Positions 39,903 through 49,874 of a DNA stretch of 64,000 nt are shown one piece after another. The notes beneath the pieces are model-generated. The model did no database searches, was not told the origin of the DNA, and worked only from the letters and a program-made list of their open reading frames with translations. The position numbers were made by a program, and so were the translations under genes. The stretch is taken from assembly GCF_988243305.1 (NCBI RefSeq), contig NZ_OZ547138.1. One strand, written 5' to 3'. Position 1 is the stretch's first letter, and every line of letters starts with the position of its first letter. The stretch comes from a plasmid.

Positions 39903-40200
39903 TATCTCATCTGCGCAAGGCAGAACGTGAAGACGGCCGCCCTGGACCTCGCCCGCGAGCGCCAGGCGCACGAGGCCGGCGCGCGGACCCGCGCCACGGC
40001 CCACGAGCGGACGCCGCAGCAGGAGCGCCAGAAGGCCGCCAGAGAGGCCGAGCGCGGCCGTGAGGCTTGGACGCTAGGGCAGGGCATGAAAAAGCCCGTA
40101 GCGGGCTGCTACGGGCGTCTGACGCGGTGGAAAGGGGGAGGGGATGTTGTCTACATGGCTCTGCTGTAGTGAGTGGGTTGCGCTCCGGCAGCGGTCCTGA

Positions 40201-40851
40201 TCAATCGTCACCCTTTCTCGGTCCTTCAACGTTCCTGACAACGAGCCTCCTTTTCGCCAATCCATCGACAATCACCGCGAGTCCCTGCTCGAACGCTGCG
40301 TCCGGACCGGCTTCGTCGAAGGCGTCTATCGCGGCCCGCAACAGCGGCGAGAGCGGAGCCTGTTCAACGGTGCCGCCGCGCTCGCCGGCATCGCTGTCGC
40401 CGGCCTGCTCCTCAAGCACGGCCCCAACAGTGAAGTAGCTGATTGTCATCAGCGCATTGACGGCGTCCCCGGCCGAAAAACCCGCCTCGCAGAGGAAGCG
40501 AAGCTGCGCGTCGGCCGTTTCCATCTGCGGTGCGCCCGGTCGCGTGCCGGCATGGATGCGCGCGCCATCGCGGTAGGCGAGCAGCGCCTGCCTGAAGCTG
40601 CGGGCATTCCCGATCAGAAATGAGCGCCAGTCGTCGTCGGCTCTCGGCACCGAATGCGTATGATTCTCCGCCAGCATGGCTTCGGCCAGTGCGTCGAGCA
40701 GCGCCCGCTTGTTCCTGAAGTGCCAGTAAAGCGCCGGCTGCTGAACCCCCAACCGTTCCGCCAGTTTGCGTGTCGTCAGACCGTCTACGCCGACCTCGTT
40801 CAACAGGTCCAGGGCGGCACGGATCACTGTATTCGGCTGCAACTTTGTCAT
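40201..40851 (-). CDS. tetR(A): Tetracycline repressor TetR(A)
   Basis: 216 aa from MTKLQPNTVIRAALDLLNEVGVDGLTTRKLAERLGVQQPALYWHF. Confidence 0.95.
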   Translation of the reverse strand: MTKLQPNTVIRAALDLLNEVGVDGLTTRKLAERLGVQQPALYWHFRNKRALLDALAEAMLAENHTHSVPRADDDWRSFLIGNARSFRQALLAYRDGARIHAGTRPGAPQMETADAQLRFLCEAGFSAGDAVNALMTISYFTVGAVLEEQAGDSDAGERGGTVEQAPLSPLLRAAIDAFDEAGPDAAFEQGLAVIVDGLAKRRLVVRNVEGPRKGDD

Positions 40852-40956
40852 GCTTGACACTTTATCACTGATAAACATAATATGTCCACCAACTTATCAG
40901 TGATAAAGAATCCGCGCGTTCAATCGGACCAGCGGAGGCTGGTCCGGAGGCCAGAC

Positions 40957-42156
40957 GTGAAACCCAACAGACCCCTGATCGTAATTCTGAGCACTGTCGC
41001 GCTCGACGCTGTCGGCATCGGCCTGATTATGCCGGTGCTGCCGGGCCTCCTGCGCGATCTGGTTCACTCGAACGACGTCACCGCCCACTATGGCATTCTG
41101 CTGGCGCTGTATGCGTTGATGCAATTTGCCTGCGCACCTGTGCTGGGCGCGCTGTCGGATCGTTTCGGGCGGCGGCCGGTCTTGCTCGTCTCGCTGGCCG
41201 GCGCTGCTGTCGACTACGCCATCATGGCGACGGCGCCTTTCCTTTGGGTTCTCTATATCGGGCGGATCGTGGCCGGCATCACCGGGGCGACTGGGGCGGT
41301 AGCCGGCGCTTATATTGCCGATATCACTGATGGCGATGAGCGCGCGCGGCACTTCGGCTTCATGAGCGCCTGTTTCGGGTTCGGGATGGTCGCGGGACCT
41401 GTGCTCGGTGGGCTGATGGGCGGTTTCTCCCCCCACGCTCCGTTCTTCGCCGCGGCAGCCTTGAACGGCCTCAATTTCCTGACGGGCTGTTTCCTTTTGC
41501 CGGAGTCGCACAAAGGCGAACGCCGGCCGTTACGCCGGGAGGCTCTCAACCCGCTCGCTTCGTTCCGGTGGGCCCGGGGCATGACCGTCGTCGCCGCCCT
41601 GATGGCGGTCTTCTTCATCATGCAACTTGTCGGACAGGTGCCGGCCGCGCTTTGGGTCATTTTCGGCGAGGATCGCTTTCACTGGGACGCGACCACGATC
41701 GGCATTTCGCTTGCCGCATTTGGCATTCTGCATTCACTCGCCCAGGCAATGATCACCGGCCCTGTAGCCGCCCGGCTCGGCGAAAGGCGGGCACTCATGC
41801 TCGGAATGATTGCCGACGGCACAGGCTACATCCTGCTTGCCTTCGCGACACGGGGATGGATGGCGTTCCCGATCATGGTCCTGCTTGCTTCGGGTGGCAT
41901 CGGAATGCCGGCGCTGCAAGCAATGTTGTCCAGGCAGGTGGATGAGGAACGTCAGGGGCAGCTGCAAGGCTCACTGGCGGCGCTCACCAGCCTGACCTCG
42001 ATCGTCGGACCCCTCCTCTTCACGGCGATCTATGCGGCTTCTATAACAACGTGGAACGGGTGGGCATGGATTGCAGGCGCTGCCCTCTACTTGCTCTGCC
42101 TGCCGGCGCTGCGTCGCGGGCTTTGGAGCGGCGCAGGGCAACGAGCCGATCGCTGA
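40957..42156 (+). CDS. tet(A): Tetracycline efflux MFS transporter Tet(A)
   Basis: 399 aa from GTG (VKPNRPLIVILSTVALDAVGIGLIMPVLPGLLRDL); divergent from tetR(A). Confidence 0.95.
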   Translation: MKPNRPLIVILSTVALDAVGIGLIMPVLPGLLRDLVHSNDVTAHYGILLALYALMQFACAPVLGALSDRFGRRPVLLVSLAGAAVDYAIMATAPFLWVLYIGRIVAGITGATGAVAGAYIADITDGDERARHFGFMSACFGFGMVAGPVLGGLMGGFSPHAPFFAAAALNGLNFLTGCFLLPESHKGERRPLRREALNPLASFRWARGMTVVAALMAVFFIMQLVGQVPAALWVIFGEDRFHWDATTIGISLAAFGILHSLAQAMITGPVAARLGERRALMLGMIADGTGYILLAFATRGWMAFPIMVLLASGGIGMPALQAMLSRQVDEERQGQLQGSLAALTSLTSIVGPLLFTAIYAASITTWNGWAWIAGAALYLLCLPALRRGLWSGAGQRADR

Positions 42157-42187
42157 TCGTGGAAACGATAGGCCTATGCCATGCGGG

Positions 42188-43072
42188 TCAAGGCGACTTC
42201 CGGCAAGCTATACGCGCCCTAGGAGTGCGGTTGGAACGTTGGCCCAGCCAGATACTCCCGATCACGAGCAGGACGCCGATGATTTGAAGCGCACTCAGCG
42301 TCTGATCCAAGAACAACCATCCTAGCAACACGGCGGTCCCCGGGCTGAGAAAGCCCAGTAAGGAAACAACTGTAGGTTCGAGTCGCGAGATCCCCCGGAA
42401 CCAAAGGAAGTAGGTTAAACCCGCTCCGATCAGGCCGAGCCACGCCAGGCCGAGAACATTGGTTCCTGTAGGCATCGGGATTGGCGGATCAAACACTAAA
42501 GCTACTGGAACGAGCAGAAGTCCTCCGGCCGCCAGTTGCCAGGCGGTAAAGGTGAGCAGAGGCACGGGAGGTTGCCACTTGCGGGTCAGCACGGTTCCGA
42601 ACGCCATGGAAACCGCCCCCGCCAGGCCCGCTGCGACGCCGACAGGATCTAGCGCTGCGTTTGGTGTCAACACCAACAGCGCCACGCCCGCAGTTCCGCA
42701 AATAGCCCCCAGGACCGCCATCAATCGTATCGGGCTACCTAGCAGAGCGGCAGAGATGAACACGACCATCAGCGGCTGCACAGCGCCTACCGTCGCCGCG
42801 ACCCCGCCCGGCAGGCGGTAGACCGAAATAAACAACAAGCTCCAGAATAGCGAAATATTAAGTGCGCCGAGGATGAAGATGCGCATCCACCAGATTCCCG
42901 TTGGAATCTGTCGGACGATCATCACGAGCAATAAACCCGCCGGCAACGCCCGCAGCATCGCGACCGTCATCGGTGAGAAGTTCGGCAGGTATTGGGTGGT
43001 GACAATGTAGGTGCTGCCCCAAATGGCAGGTGCTATCGCTGTGAACAATAAATCGGGCGTGCGTAATGACAT
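42188..43072 (-). CDS. pecM: EamA-family membrane protein PecM (Tn1721 tet module)
   Basis: 294-aa polytopic membrane protein convergent with tet(A). Confidence 0.8.
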   Translation of the reverse strand: MSLRTPDLLFTAIAPAIWGSTYIVTTQYLPNFSPMTVAMLRALPAGLLLVMIVRQIPTGIWWMRIFILGALNISLFWSLLFISVYRLPGGVAATVGAVQPLMVVFISAALLGSPIRLMAVLGAICGTAGVALLVLTPNAALDPVGVAAGLAGAVSMAFGTVLTRKWQPPVPLLTFTAWQLAAGGLLLVPVALVFDPPIPMPTGTNVLGLAWLGLIGAGLTYFLWFRGISRLEPTVVSLLGFLSPGTAVLLGWLFLDQTLSALQIIGVLLVIGSIWLGQRSNRTPRARIACRKSP

Positions 43073-43463
43073 GCGATTACAAGACCTCCGCTACGGCGAT
43101 GGGTTTTTGAGAGTTGCAGGCGCCGCGATGACCGCACCCTGACTTGGACTGGCCCTGCCTCGCACCAATCCACCTGCGGCTATGGCCGCGATCATGCGAG
43201 GCCCGAAAATTACACGACCTGTACACGTCCGCCGAACCCGGAACGCAACAGAGCTTCGTGGGCATCCCGATCCGGGTCGTAGCAGCAGTCCTGGACCAAA
43301 CGCACGTCGTAGTCCGCATCACTAGCCCAGGCGACGCTTGAAAGAACAACGCCGGTGGTGCTTATCCCGGCCATGACAAGCGTGCTTACGCCGCGCGTCC
43401 GAAGGTCGGCGTCGAGCGCCGTGCCATAAAAGACGCTGGCTCGCGGACATGCATAGAAAAGGT

Positions 43464-44283
43464 GGCACTGTTGCAAAGTTAGCGATGAGGCAGCCTTTTG
43501 TCTTATTCAAAGGCCTTACATTTCAAAAACTCTGCTTACCAGGCGCATTTCGCCCAGGGGATCACCATAATAAAATGCTGAGGCCTGGCCTTTGCGTAGT
43601 GCACGCATCACCTCAATACCTTTGATGGTGGCGTAAGCCGTCTTCATGGATTTAAATCCCAGCGTGGCGCCGATTATCCGTTTCAGTTTGCCATGATCGC
43701 ATTCAATCACGTTGTTCCGGTACTTAATCTGTCGGTGTTCAACGTCAGACGGGCACCGGCCTTCGCGTTTGAGCAGAGCAAGCGCGCGACCATAGGCGGG
43801 CGCTTTATCCGTGTTGATGAATCGCGGGATCTGCCACTTCTTCACGTTGTTGAGGATTTTACCCAGAAACCGGTATGCAGCTTTGCTGTTACGACGGGAG
43901 GAGAGATAAAAATCGACAGTGCGGCCCCGGCTGTCGACGGCCCGGTACAGATACGCCCAGCGGCCATTGACCTTCACGTAGGTTTCATCCATGTGCCACG
44001 GGCAAAGATCGGAAGGGTTACGCCAGTACCAGCGCAGCCGTTTTTCCATTTCAGGCGCATAACGCTGAACCCAGCGGTAAATCGTGGAGTGATCGACATT
44101 CACTCCGCGTTCAGCCAGCATCTCCTGCAGCTCACGGTAACTGATGCCGTATTTGCAGTACCAGCGTACGGCCCACAGAATGATGTCACGCTGAAAATGC
44201 CGGCCTTTGAATGGGTTCATGTGCAGCTCCATCAGCAAAAGGGGATGATAAGTTTATCACCACCGACTATTTGCAACAGTGCC
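43464..44283 (-). mobile_element. IS26: IS26 (820 bp) copy 2, inverted relative to copy 1
   Basis: Terminal repeats GGCACTGTTGCAAA (43464) and TTTGCAACAGTGCC (44283); no target duplication. Confidence 0.95.
43516..44220 (-). CDS. tnpA: IS26 transposase Tnp26
   Basis: Protein identical to the copy at 24655-25359. Confidence 0.95.
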   Translation of the reverse strand: MNPFKGRHFQRDIILWAVRWYCKYGISYRELQEMLAERGVNVDHSTIYRWVQRYAPEMEKRLRWYWRNPSDLCPWHMDETYVKVNGRWAYLYRAVDSRGRTVDFYLSSRRNSKAAYRFLGKILNNVKKWQIPRFINTDKAPAYGRALALLKREGRCPSDVEHRQIKYRNNVIECDHGKLKRIIGATLGFKSMKTAYATIKGIEVMRALRKGQASAFYYGDPLGEMRLVSRVFEM

Positions 44284-45151
44284 AGCTGAAACAGGCGCCA
44301 TAGTAGGTCGCATAGGTGATGCATCAAATCGGCTTAGCGAACACACCCGAGGCCTACTAAAGGATATTGAGTCAAGCAATGTACTTACAGTTGAGCAGCA
44401 GGCAGAGACAGATCAAATAGCAACGGCAGTAAACCAAATGGTGGCAAGCATTCAAGAGGTTGCGAGCAATGCACAGCATGCTGCAGATGCGGCCGGAAGA
44501 GCAGACACTGAGACGGCATCTGGCCAGCGTCTGGTAGCCCACACAAGCCAGTCAATCACTGCCCTTGAAGGTGAAATTAGGCAAGCCACTCAGGTTATTC
44601 ATGAGCTTGAAGGTCAAAGTAACGAGATATCAAAAGTTCTTGACGTTATACGAGGGATCGCCGAGCAAACGAATTTGTTGGCACTCAACGCAGCAATTGA
44701 GGCCGCGCGTGCTGGTGAGCAGGGGCGTGGTTTTGCTGTTGTCGCCGATGAGGTTCGCAGTCTTGCTGCTCGCACACAGCAATCGACAACGGATATTCAA
44801 AGCATGATCAGCGCTCTACAAGAGCGAGCGCAATCCGCTGTTACAGTCATGGAGCAAAGTAGTCGGCAAGCGCACACGAGTGTAGCTCACGCAGAGGAAG
44901 CAGCTACAGCTCTTGATGGAATTGGCCAACGCGTTAACGAAATTACCGACATGAACGCGCAAATAGCGACTGCGGTCGAGCAGCAGGGAGCAGTAAGTGA
45001 AGACATAAACCGCAGTATTATCAATATACGCGATGCTGCTGATACCAATGTACAGACCGGGCAGAATAATTTGCAAAGTGCGAAATCTGTCGCTCAGTTA
45101 ACTAGCGCTCTGAGCGAACTGGCAAAACAGTTTTGGGAAAAACGAGGATAA
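44284..45151 (+). pseudogene. C-terminal fragment of a methyl-accepting chemotaxis-like protein (Tn1721 mcp/orfI-like), N-terminus removed by IS26
   Basis: MCP signalling-domain sequence ([33 protein letters not shown]); frame begins at the IS26 boundary. Confidence 0.6.
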
Positions 45152-45302
45152 CGCTTTTCAGTATCTCGACAGGGATAACTTACTTTACCATCGGTTATCC
45201 CTTTTAGCCGCACAAATTTTAGCCATGGCTTTTCAGGAAGTCAGGGCTATCAGAATGGCCTTAGAAAGCCTAGTCAAAGAGCTGTCACGAGAACACCGTT
45301 AG

Positions 45303-45340
45303 CTTAGCGTACGATTTTTTCCGAATTCTGCGGTTCCCCC
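45303..45340. mobile_element. 38-bp Tn3-family terminal inverted repeat, Tn1721-type, second copy
   Basis: CTTAGCGTACGATTTTTTCCGAATTCTGCGGTTCCCCC; same orientation as the copy at 39865. Confidence 0.75.
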
Positions 45341-45516
45341 TAGAAAGCTTCTTTAAATCATTAAAGGCTGAGTTGATTTGGCGCAGACACTGGCAAACAA
45401 GGCGAGATATTGAGATTGCAATCTTCGAATATATAAATGGCTTTTATAATCCACGCCGAAGACATTCAACACTCGGCTGGAAATCGCCGGTGGCATTTGA
45501 GAAAAAAGCCGCTTAA
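45341..45516 (+). pseudogene. 3' fragment of an IS3-family transposase gene (integrase-core C-terminus; IS1133-like remnant as in Tn5393)
   Basis: Translation ...IFEYINGFYNPRRRHSTLGWKSPVAFEKKAA* is a typical IS3-family OrfB C-terminus; abuts the Tn1721 IR. Confidence 0.5.
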
Positions 45517-45622
45517 AATGAGAGATAGACCGGAACACAACCGGTGCAAGTCCATAGCAACTCGTTTCTTTTCGCAGGTTGAGCCACCTCCGCGCTTCAT
45601 CAGAAAACTGAAGGAACCTCCA

Positions 45623-46426
45623 TTGAATCGAACTAATATTTTTTTTGGTGAATCGCATTCTGACTGGTTGCCTGTCAGAGGCGGAGAATCTGGTGATTTT
45701 GTTTTTCGACGTGGTGACGGGCATGCCTTCGCGAAAATCGCACCTGCTTCCCGCCGCGGTGAGCTCGCTGGAGAGCGTGACCGCCTCATTTGGCTCAAAG
45801 GTCGAGGTGTGGCTTGCCCCGAGGTGATCAACTGGCAGGAGGAACAGGAGGGTGCATGCTTGGTGATAACGGCAATTCCGGGAGTACCGGCGGCTGATCT
45901 GTCTGGAGCGGATTTGCTCAAAGCGTGGCCGTCAATGGGGCAGCAACTTGGCGCTGTTCACAGCCTATCGGTTGATCAATGTCCGTTTGAGCGCAGGCTG
46001 TCGCGAATGTTCGGACGCGCCGTTGATGTGGTGTCCCGCAATGCCGTCAATCCCGACTTCTTACCGGACGAGGACAAGAGTACGCCGCAGCTCGATCTTT
46101 TGGCTCGTGTCGAACGAGAGCTACCGGTGCGGCTCGACCAAGAGCGCACCGATATGGTTGTTTGCCATGGTGATCTCTGCATGCCGAACTTCATGGTGGA
46201 CCCTAAAACTCTTCAATGCACGGGTCTGATCGACCTTGGGCGGCTCGGAACAGCAGATCGCTATGCCGATTTGGCACTCATGATTGCTAACGCCGAAGAG
46301 AACTGGGCAGCGCCAGATGAAGCAGAGCGCGCCTTCGCTGTCCTATTCAATGTATTGGGGATCGAAGCCCCCGACCGCGAACGCCTTGCCTTCTATCTGC
46401 GATTGGACCCTCTGACTTGGGGTTGA
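45623..46426 (+). CDS. strA: Streptomycin phosphotransferase APH(3'')-Ib
   Basis: 267 aa from TTG (MNRTNIFFGESHSDWLPVRGGESGDFVFRRGDG). Confidence 0.9.
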   Translation: MNRTNIFFGESHSDWLPVRGGESGDFVFRRGDGHAFAKIAPASRRGELAGERDRLIWLKGRGVACPEVINWQEEQEGACLVITAIPGVPAADLSGADLLKAWPSMGQQLGAVHSLSVDQCPFERRLSRMFGRAVDVVSRNAVNPDFLPDEDKSTPQLDLLARVERELPVRLDQERTDMVVCHGDLCMPNFMVDPKTLQCTGLIDLGRLGTADRYADLALMIANAEENWAAPDEAERAFAVLFNVLGIEAPDRERLAFYLRLDPLTWG

Positions 46427-47262
46427 TGTTCATGCCGCCTGTTTTTCCTGCTCATTGGCACGTTTCGCAACCTGTTCTCATTGCGGACACCTTTTCCAGC
46501 CTCGTTTGGAAAGTTTCATTGCCAGACGGGACTCCTGCAATCGTCAAGGGATTGAAACCTATAGAAGACATTGCTGATGAACTGCGCGGGGCCGACTATC
46601 TGGTATGGCGCAATGGGAGGGGAGCAGTCCGGTTGCTCGGTCGTGAGAACAATCTGATGTTGCTCGAATATGCCGGGGAGCGAATGCTCTCTCACATCGT
46701 TGCCGAGCACGGCGACTACCAGGCGACCGAAATTGCAGCGGAACTAATGGCGAAGCTGTATGCCGCATCTGAGGAACCCCTGCCTTCTGCCCTTCTCCCG
46801 ATCCGGGATCGCTTTGCAGCTTTGTTTCAGCGGGCGCGCGATGATCAAAACGCAGGTTGTCAAACTGACTACGTCCACGCGGCGATTATAGCCGATCAAA
46901 TGATGAGCAATGCCTCGGAACTGCGTGGGCTACATGGCGATCTGCATCATGAAAACATCATGTTCTCCAGTCGCGGCTGGCTGGTGATAGATCCCGTCGG
47001 TCTGGTCGGTGAAGTGGGCTTTGGCGCCGCCAATATGTTCTACGATCCGGCTGACAGAGACGACCTTTGTCTCGATCCTAGACGCATTGCACAGATGGCG
47101 GACGCATTCTCTCGTGCGCTGGACGTCGATCCGCGTCGCCTGCTCGACCAGGCGTACGCTTATGGGTGCCTTTCCGCAGCTTGGAACGCGGATGGAGAAG
47201 AGGAGCAACGCGATCTAGCTATCGCGGCCGCGATCAAGCAGGTGCGACAGACGTCATACTAG
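46426..47262 (+). CDS. strB: Streptomycin phosphotransferase APH(6)-Id
   Basis: 278 aa from MFMPPVFPAHWHVSQPVLIADTFSSLVWKV; overlaps the strA stop. Confidence 0.9.
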   Translation: MFMPPVFPAHWHVSQPVLIADTFSSLVWKVSLPDGTPAIVKGLKPIEDIADELRGADYLVWRNGRGAVRLLGRENNLMLLEYAGERMLSHIVAEHGDYQATEIAAELMAKLYAASEEPLPSALLPIRDRFAALFQRARDDQNAGCQTDYVHAAIIADQMMSNASELRGLHGDLHHENIMFSSRGWLVIDPVGLVGEVGFGAANMFYDPADRDDLCLDPRRIAQMADAFSRALDVDPRRLLDQAYAYGCLSAAWNADGEEEQRDLAIAAAIKQVRQTSY

Positions 47263-47330
47263 ATATCAAGCGACTTCTCCTATCCCCTGGGAACACATCA
47301 ATCTTACCGGAGAATATCGTTGGCCAAAGC

Positions 47331-47368
47331 CTTAGCGTAGGATTTCGCCCTCTCCCGCAAACGACCCC
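47331..47368. mobile_element. Tn5393-type 38-bp terminal inverted repeat downstream of strB
   Basis: CTTAGCGTAGGATTTCGCCCTCTCCCGCAAACGACCCC, a Tn3-family GGGG...CTAAG repeat. Confidence 0.7.
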
Positions 47369-47381
47369 AGGAGGAAAGGGC

Positions 47382-47606
47382 ATGAAGAAGCCGAACCAAG
47401 ACGACGAGCCGTTTTTCATCACCGAGGAGATTGCGGCCGAAATGATCGCCGGCGGCTATGAGTTCGAGCTGCCGCCCATTCCTTGCACCATCCGCCTACG
47501 CGACGTGCTGGAGCGCATGACCGATGCTGAGCTAGCATTGCAGCCGGGCGAGATCGCCGACCAGGAGCGTGAACGCTGCCGGCGCAAGCCGTGTTCAACC
47601 TCATGA
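47382..47606 (+). CDS. Small hypothetical ORF just outside the Tn5393 IR
   Basis: AGGAGG RBS 6 nt upstream of ATG; 74 aa; function unknown. Confidence 0.3.
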   Translation: MKKPNQDDEPFFITEEIAAEMIAGGYEFELPPIPCTIRLRDVLERMTDAELALQPGEIADQERERCRRKPCSTS

Positions 47607-47705
47607 TCTGGTCATGGTATTTTTCATGGCACTGAGCCTGATAGTTCTTGCAAATTGTTGTCACTAAAGGGTTTTGTGTGCTTGTTTACAATCGAGTGGG
47701 AGTGA
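47606..47705. repeat. ISCR2-associated end-like sequence, copy M (motifs CATGGTATTTTTCATGG and CTTGTTTACAATCGAGTGGGA)
   Basis: Shares two motifs at identical 51-nt spacing with 50893-50995. Confidence 0.4.
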
Positions 47706-47816
47706 CGGGCACTGGCTGGCAATGTCTAGCAACGGCAGGCATTTCGGCTGAGGGTAAAAGAACTTTCCGCTAAGCGATAGACTGTATGTAAACACAGTAT
47801 TGCAAGGACGCGGAAC

Positions 47817-49310
47817 ATGCCTCATGTGGCGGCCAGGACGGCCAGCCGGGATCGGGATACTGGTCGTTACCAGAGCCACCGACCCGAGCAAACCCTTCTC
47901 TATCAGATCGTTGACGAGTATTACCCGGCATTCGCTGCGCTTATGGCAGAGCAGGGAAAGGAATTGCCGGGCTATGTGCAACGGGAATTTGAAGAATTTC
48001 TCCAATGCGGGCGGCTGGAGCATGGCTTTCTACGGGTTCGCTGCGAGTCTTGCCACGCCGAGCACCTGGTCGCTTTCAGCTGTAAGCGTCGCGGTTTCTG
48101 CCCGAGCTGTGGGGCGCGGCGGATGGCCGAAAGTGCCGCCTTGCTGGTTGATGAAGTACTGCCTGAACAACCCATGCGTCAGTGGGTGTTGAGCTTCCCG
48201 TTTCAGCTGCGTTTCCTGTTTGCCAGCCGGCCCGAGATCATGGGGTGGGTGCTGGGCATCGTTTACCGCGTCATTGCCACGCACCTGGTCAAGAAAGCGG
48301 GCCATACCCACCAAGTGGCCAAGACGGGCGCGGTCACCCTGATCCAGCGTTTTGGATCGGCGCTCAATCTGAATGTTCACTTCCACATGCTGTTTCTCGA
48401 CGGTGTGTATGTCGAGCAATCCCACGGCTCAGCGCGTTTCCGCTGGGTCAAGGCGCCGACCAGCCCAGAGCTCACCCAGCTGACGCACACCATCGCCCAC
48501 CGGGTGGGTCGCTATCTGGAACGGCAAGGCCTGCTGGAACGGGATGTCGAAAACAGCTATCTGGCCTCGGATGCGGTGGATGACGACCCGATGACACCCC
48601 TGCTGGGGCACTCGATCACTTACCGTATCGCTGTCGGTTCACAGGCGGGGCGAAAGGTGTTCACTTTGCAAACTCTGCCGACCAGTGGTGATCCGTTCGG
48701 TGACGGGATTGGCAAGGTAGCCGGGTCCAGCCTGCACGCCGGCGTGGCGGCCAGGGCCGATGAACGCAAGAAGCTCGAACGGCTGTGCCGGTACATCAGC
48801 CGCCCGGCGGTATCCGAGAAGCGGCTGTCGTTAACACGAGGCGGCAACGTGCGCTACCAGCTCAAGACGCCGTACCGGGACGGCACCACGCACGTCATTT
48901 TCGAACCATTGGATTTCATTGCAAGGCTGGCCGCCCTGGTACCGAAGCCCAGAGTCAACCTAACCCGCTTCCACGGGGTGTTCGCACCCAACAGTCGGCA
49001 CCGGGCGTTGGTCACGCCGGCAAAACGGGGCAGGGGCAACAAGGTCAGGGTGGCTGATGAACCGGCAACACCAGCACAACGGCGAGCGTCGATGACATGG
49101 GCGCAACGGCTCAAGCGTGTTTTCAATATCGACATCGAGACCTGCAGCGGCTGCGGCGGCGCCATGAAAGTCATCGCCTGCATTGAAGACCCTATAGTGA
49201 TCAAGCAGATCCTTGATCACCTGAAGCACAAAGCCGAAACCAGCGGGACCAGGGCGTTACCCGAAAGCCGGGCGCCACCGGCTGAGCTGCTCCTGGGTCT
49301 GTTTGACTGA
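47817..49310 (+). CDS. rcr2: ISCR2 rolling-circle (IS91-family) transposase
   Basis: 497 aa with Cys-rich zinc-binding N-terminus (CESCHAEHLVAFSCKRRGFCPSCGARRM) and HUH-type core; classic sul2 neighbour. Confidence 0.9.
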   Translation: MPHVAARTASRDRDTGRYQSHRPEQTLLYQIVDEYYPAFAALMAEQGKELPGYVQREFEEFLQCGRLEHGFLRVRCESCHAEHLVAFSCKRRGFCPSCGARRMAESAALLVDEVLPEQPMRQWVLSFPFQLRFLFASRPEIMGWVLGIVYRVIATHLVKKAGHTHQVAKTGAVTLIQRFGSALNLNVHFHMLFLDGVYVEQSHGSARFRWVKAPTSPELTQLTHTIAHRVGRYLERQGLLERDVENSYLASDAVDDDPMTPLLGHSITYRIAVGSQAGRKVFTLQTLPTSGDPFGDGIGKVAGSSLHAGVAARADERKKLERLCRYISRPAVSEKRLSLTRGGNVRYQLKTPYRDGTTHVIFEPLDFIARLAALVPKPRVNLTRFHGVFAPNSRHRALVTPAKRGRGNKVRVADEPATPAQRRASMTWAQRLKRVFNIDIETCSGCGGAMKVIACIEDPIVIKQILDHLKHKAETSGTRALPESRAPPAELLLGLFD

Positions 49311-49485
49311 CGAGCCTGAAGGCCAACGATACCAATCAAAATGCTGCGTTCACAGCGCCGCGGCAGGGATCCGCCGTGCTGGTTGTCGGAAAAGGAGCCG
49401 CTAGTGGGAAAGAGGAGGGTAAATTTTCAGCGTTGCTGGCTCCCCGTCAGCCGGATTGGGTTGCATCGCAGGGGTGTCGAAAGAG

Positions 49486-49788
49486 TCAACTGCGGTCCAA
49501 AGCTGTTGGACTTGGGTGAAAAGGGCGTTTATTCTTCCTATACGTTGTCGGCAGCGGGCCAAAAAGGAATACGTCCATGCCCATCGAGGTGAAACCGGCT
49601 GTGAGCGCGGGTTCAAGCATATAGCCCGACAGGCGCGTATCCTTGCCGATCACGACACGATGGCGGTGGTCACCGCGACGAAAGACACGGCCAGCCGCCA
49701 TGCCGACGCGCAAGGCGGTTTCCGCCGTCATCGCGCCTTCGTTGGCTTTGCCACGAATACCGTCTGTGCCGAAATATTTGCGCACCAT
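49486..49788 (-). pseudogene. glmM: Truncated phosphoglucosamine mutase gene (glmM remnant)
   Basis: N-terminus [18 protein letters not shown] of GlmM followed by out-of-context sequence; lies between ISCR2 and sul2. Confidence 0.7.
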
Positions 49789-49874
49789 AAGGTCGATTAT
49801 CCTGTCGTCGGGTCGCCCTCAAAGGGGACATGCCTGCTGAACCGCGAATATAGAGAAATATCCCGAATGTGCAG

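Noticed and set aside
39903-40200. ORFs 39674-40063 (+), 39927-40169 (+), 40067-40438 (+) near the Tn1721-type IR and tetR
   Set aside because: They span the IR and the tetR-proximal spacer or run antisense to tetR(A); not genes.
43073-43463. ORFs 43144-43341 (+) and 43210-43476 (-) between pecM and IS26
   Set aside because: Probably a remnant of a gene truncated by IS26; neither frame has a start context and I cannot assign either to a family from the translation.
47166-47606. Long form of ORF 47166-47606
   Set aside because: The 5' part spans the Tn5393 terminal repeat; only the segment from ATG 47382, which has a strong RBS, is retained, and only as a low-confidence ORF.
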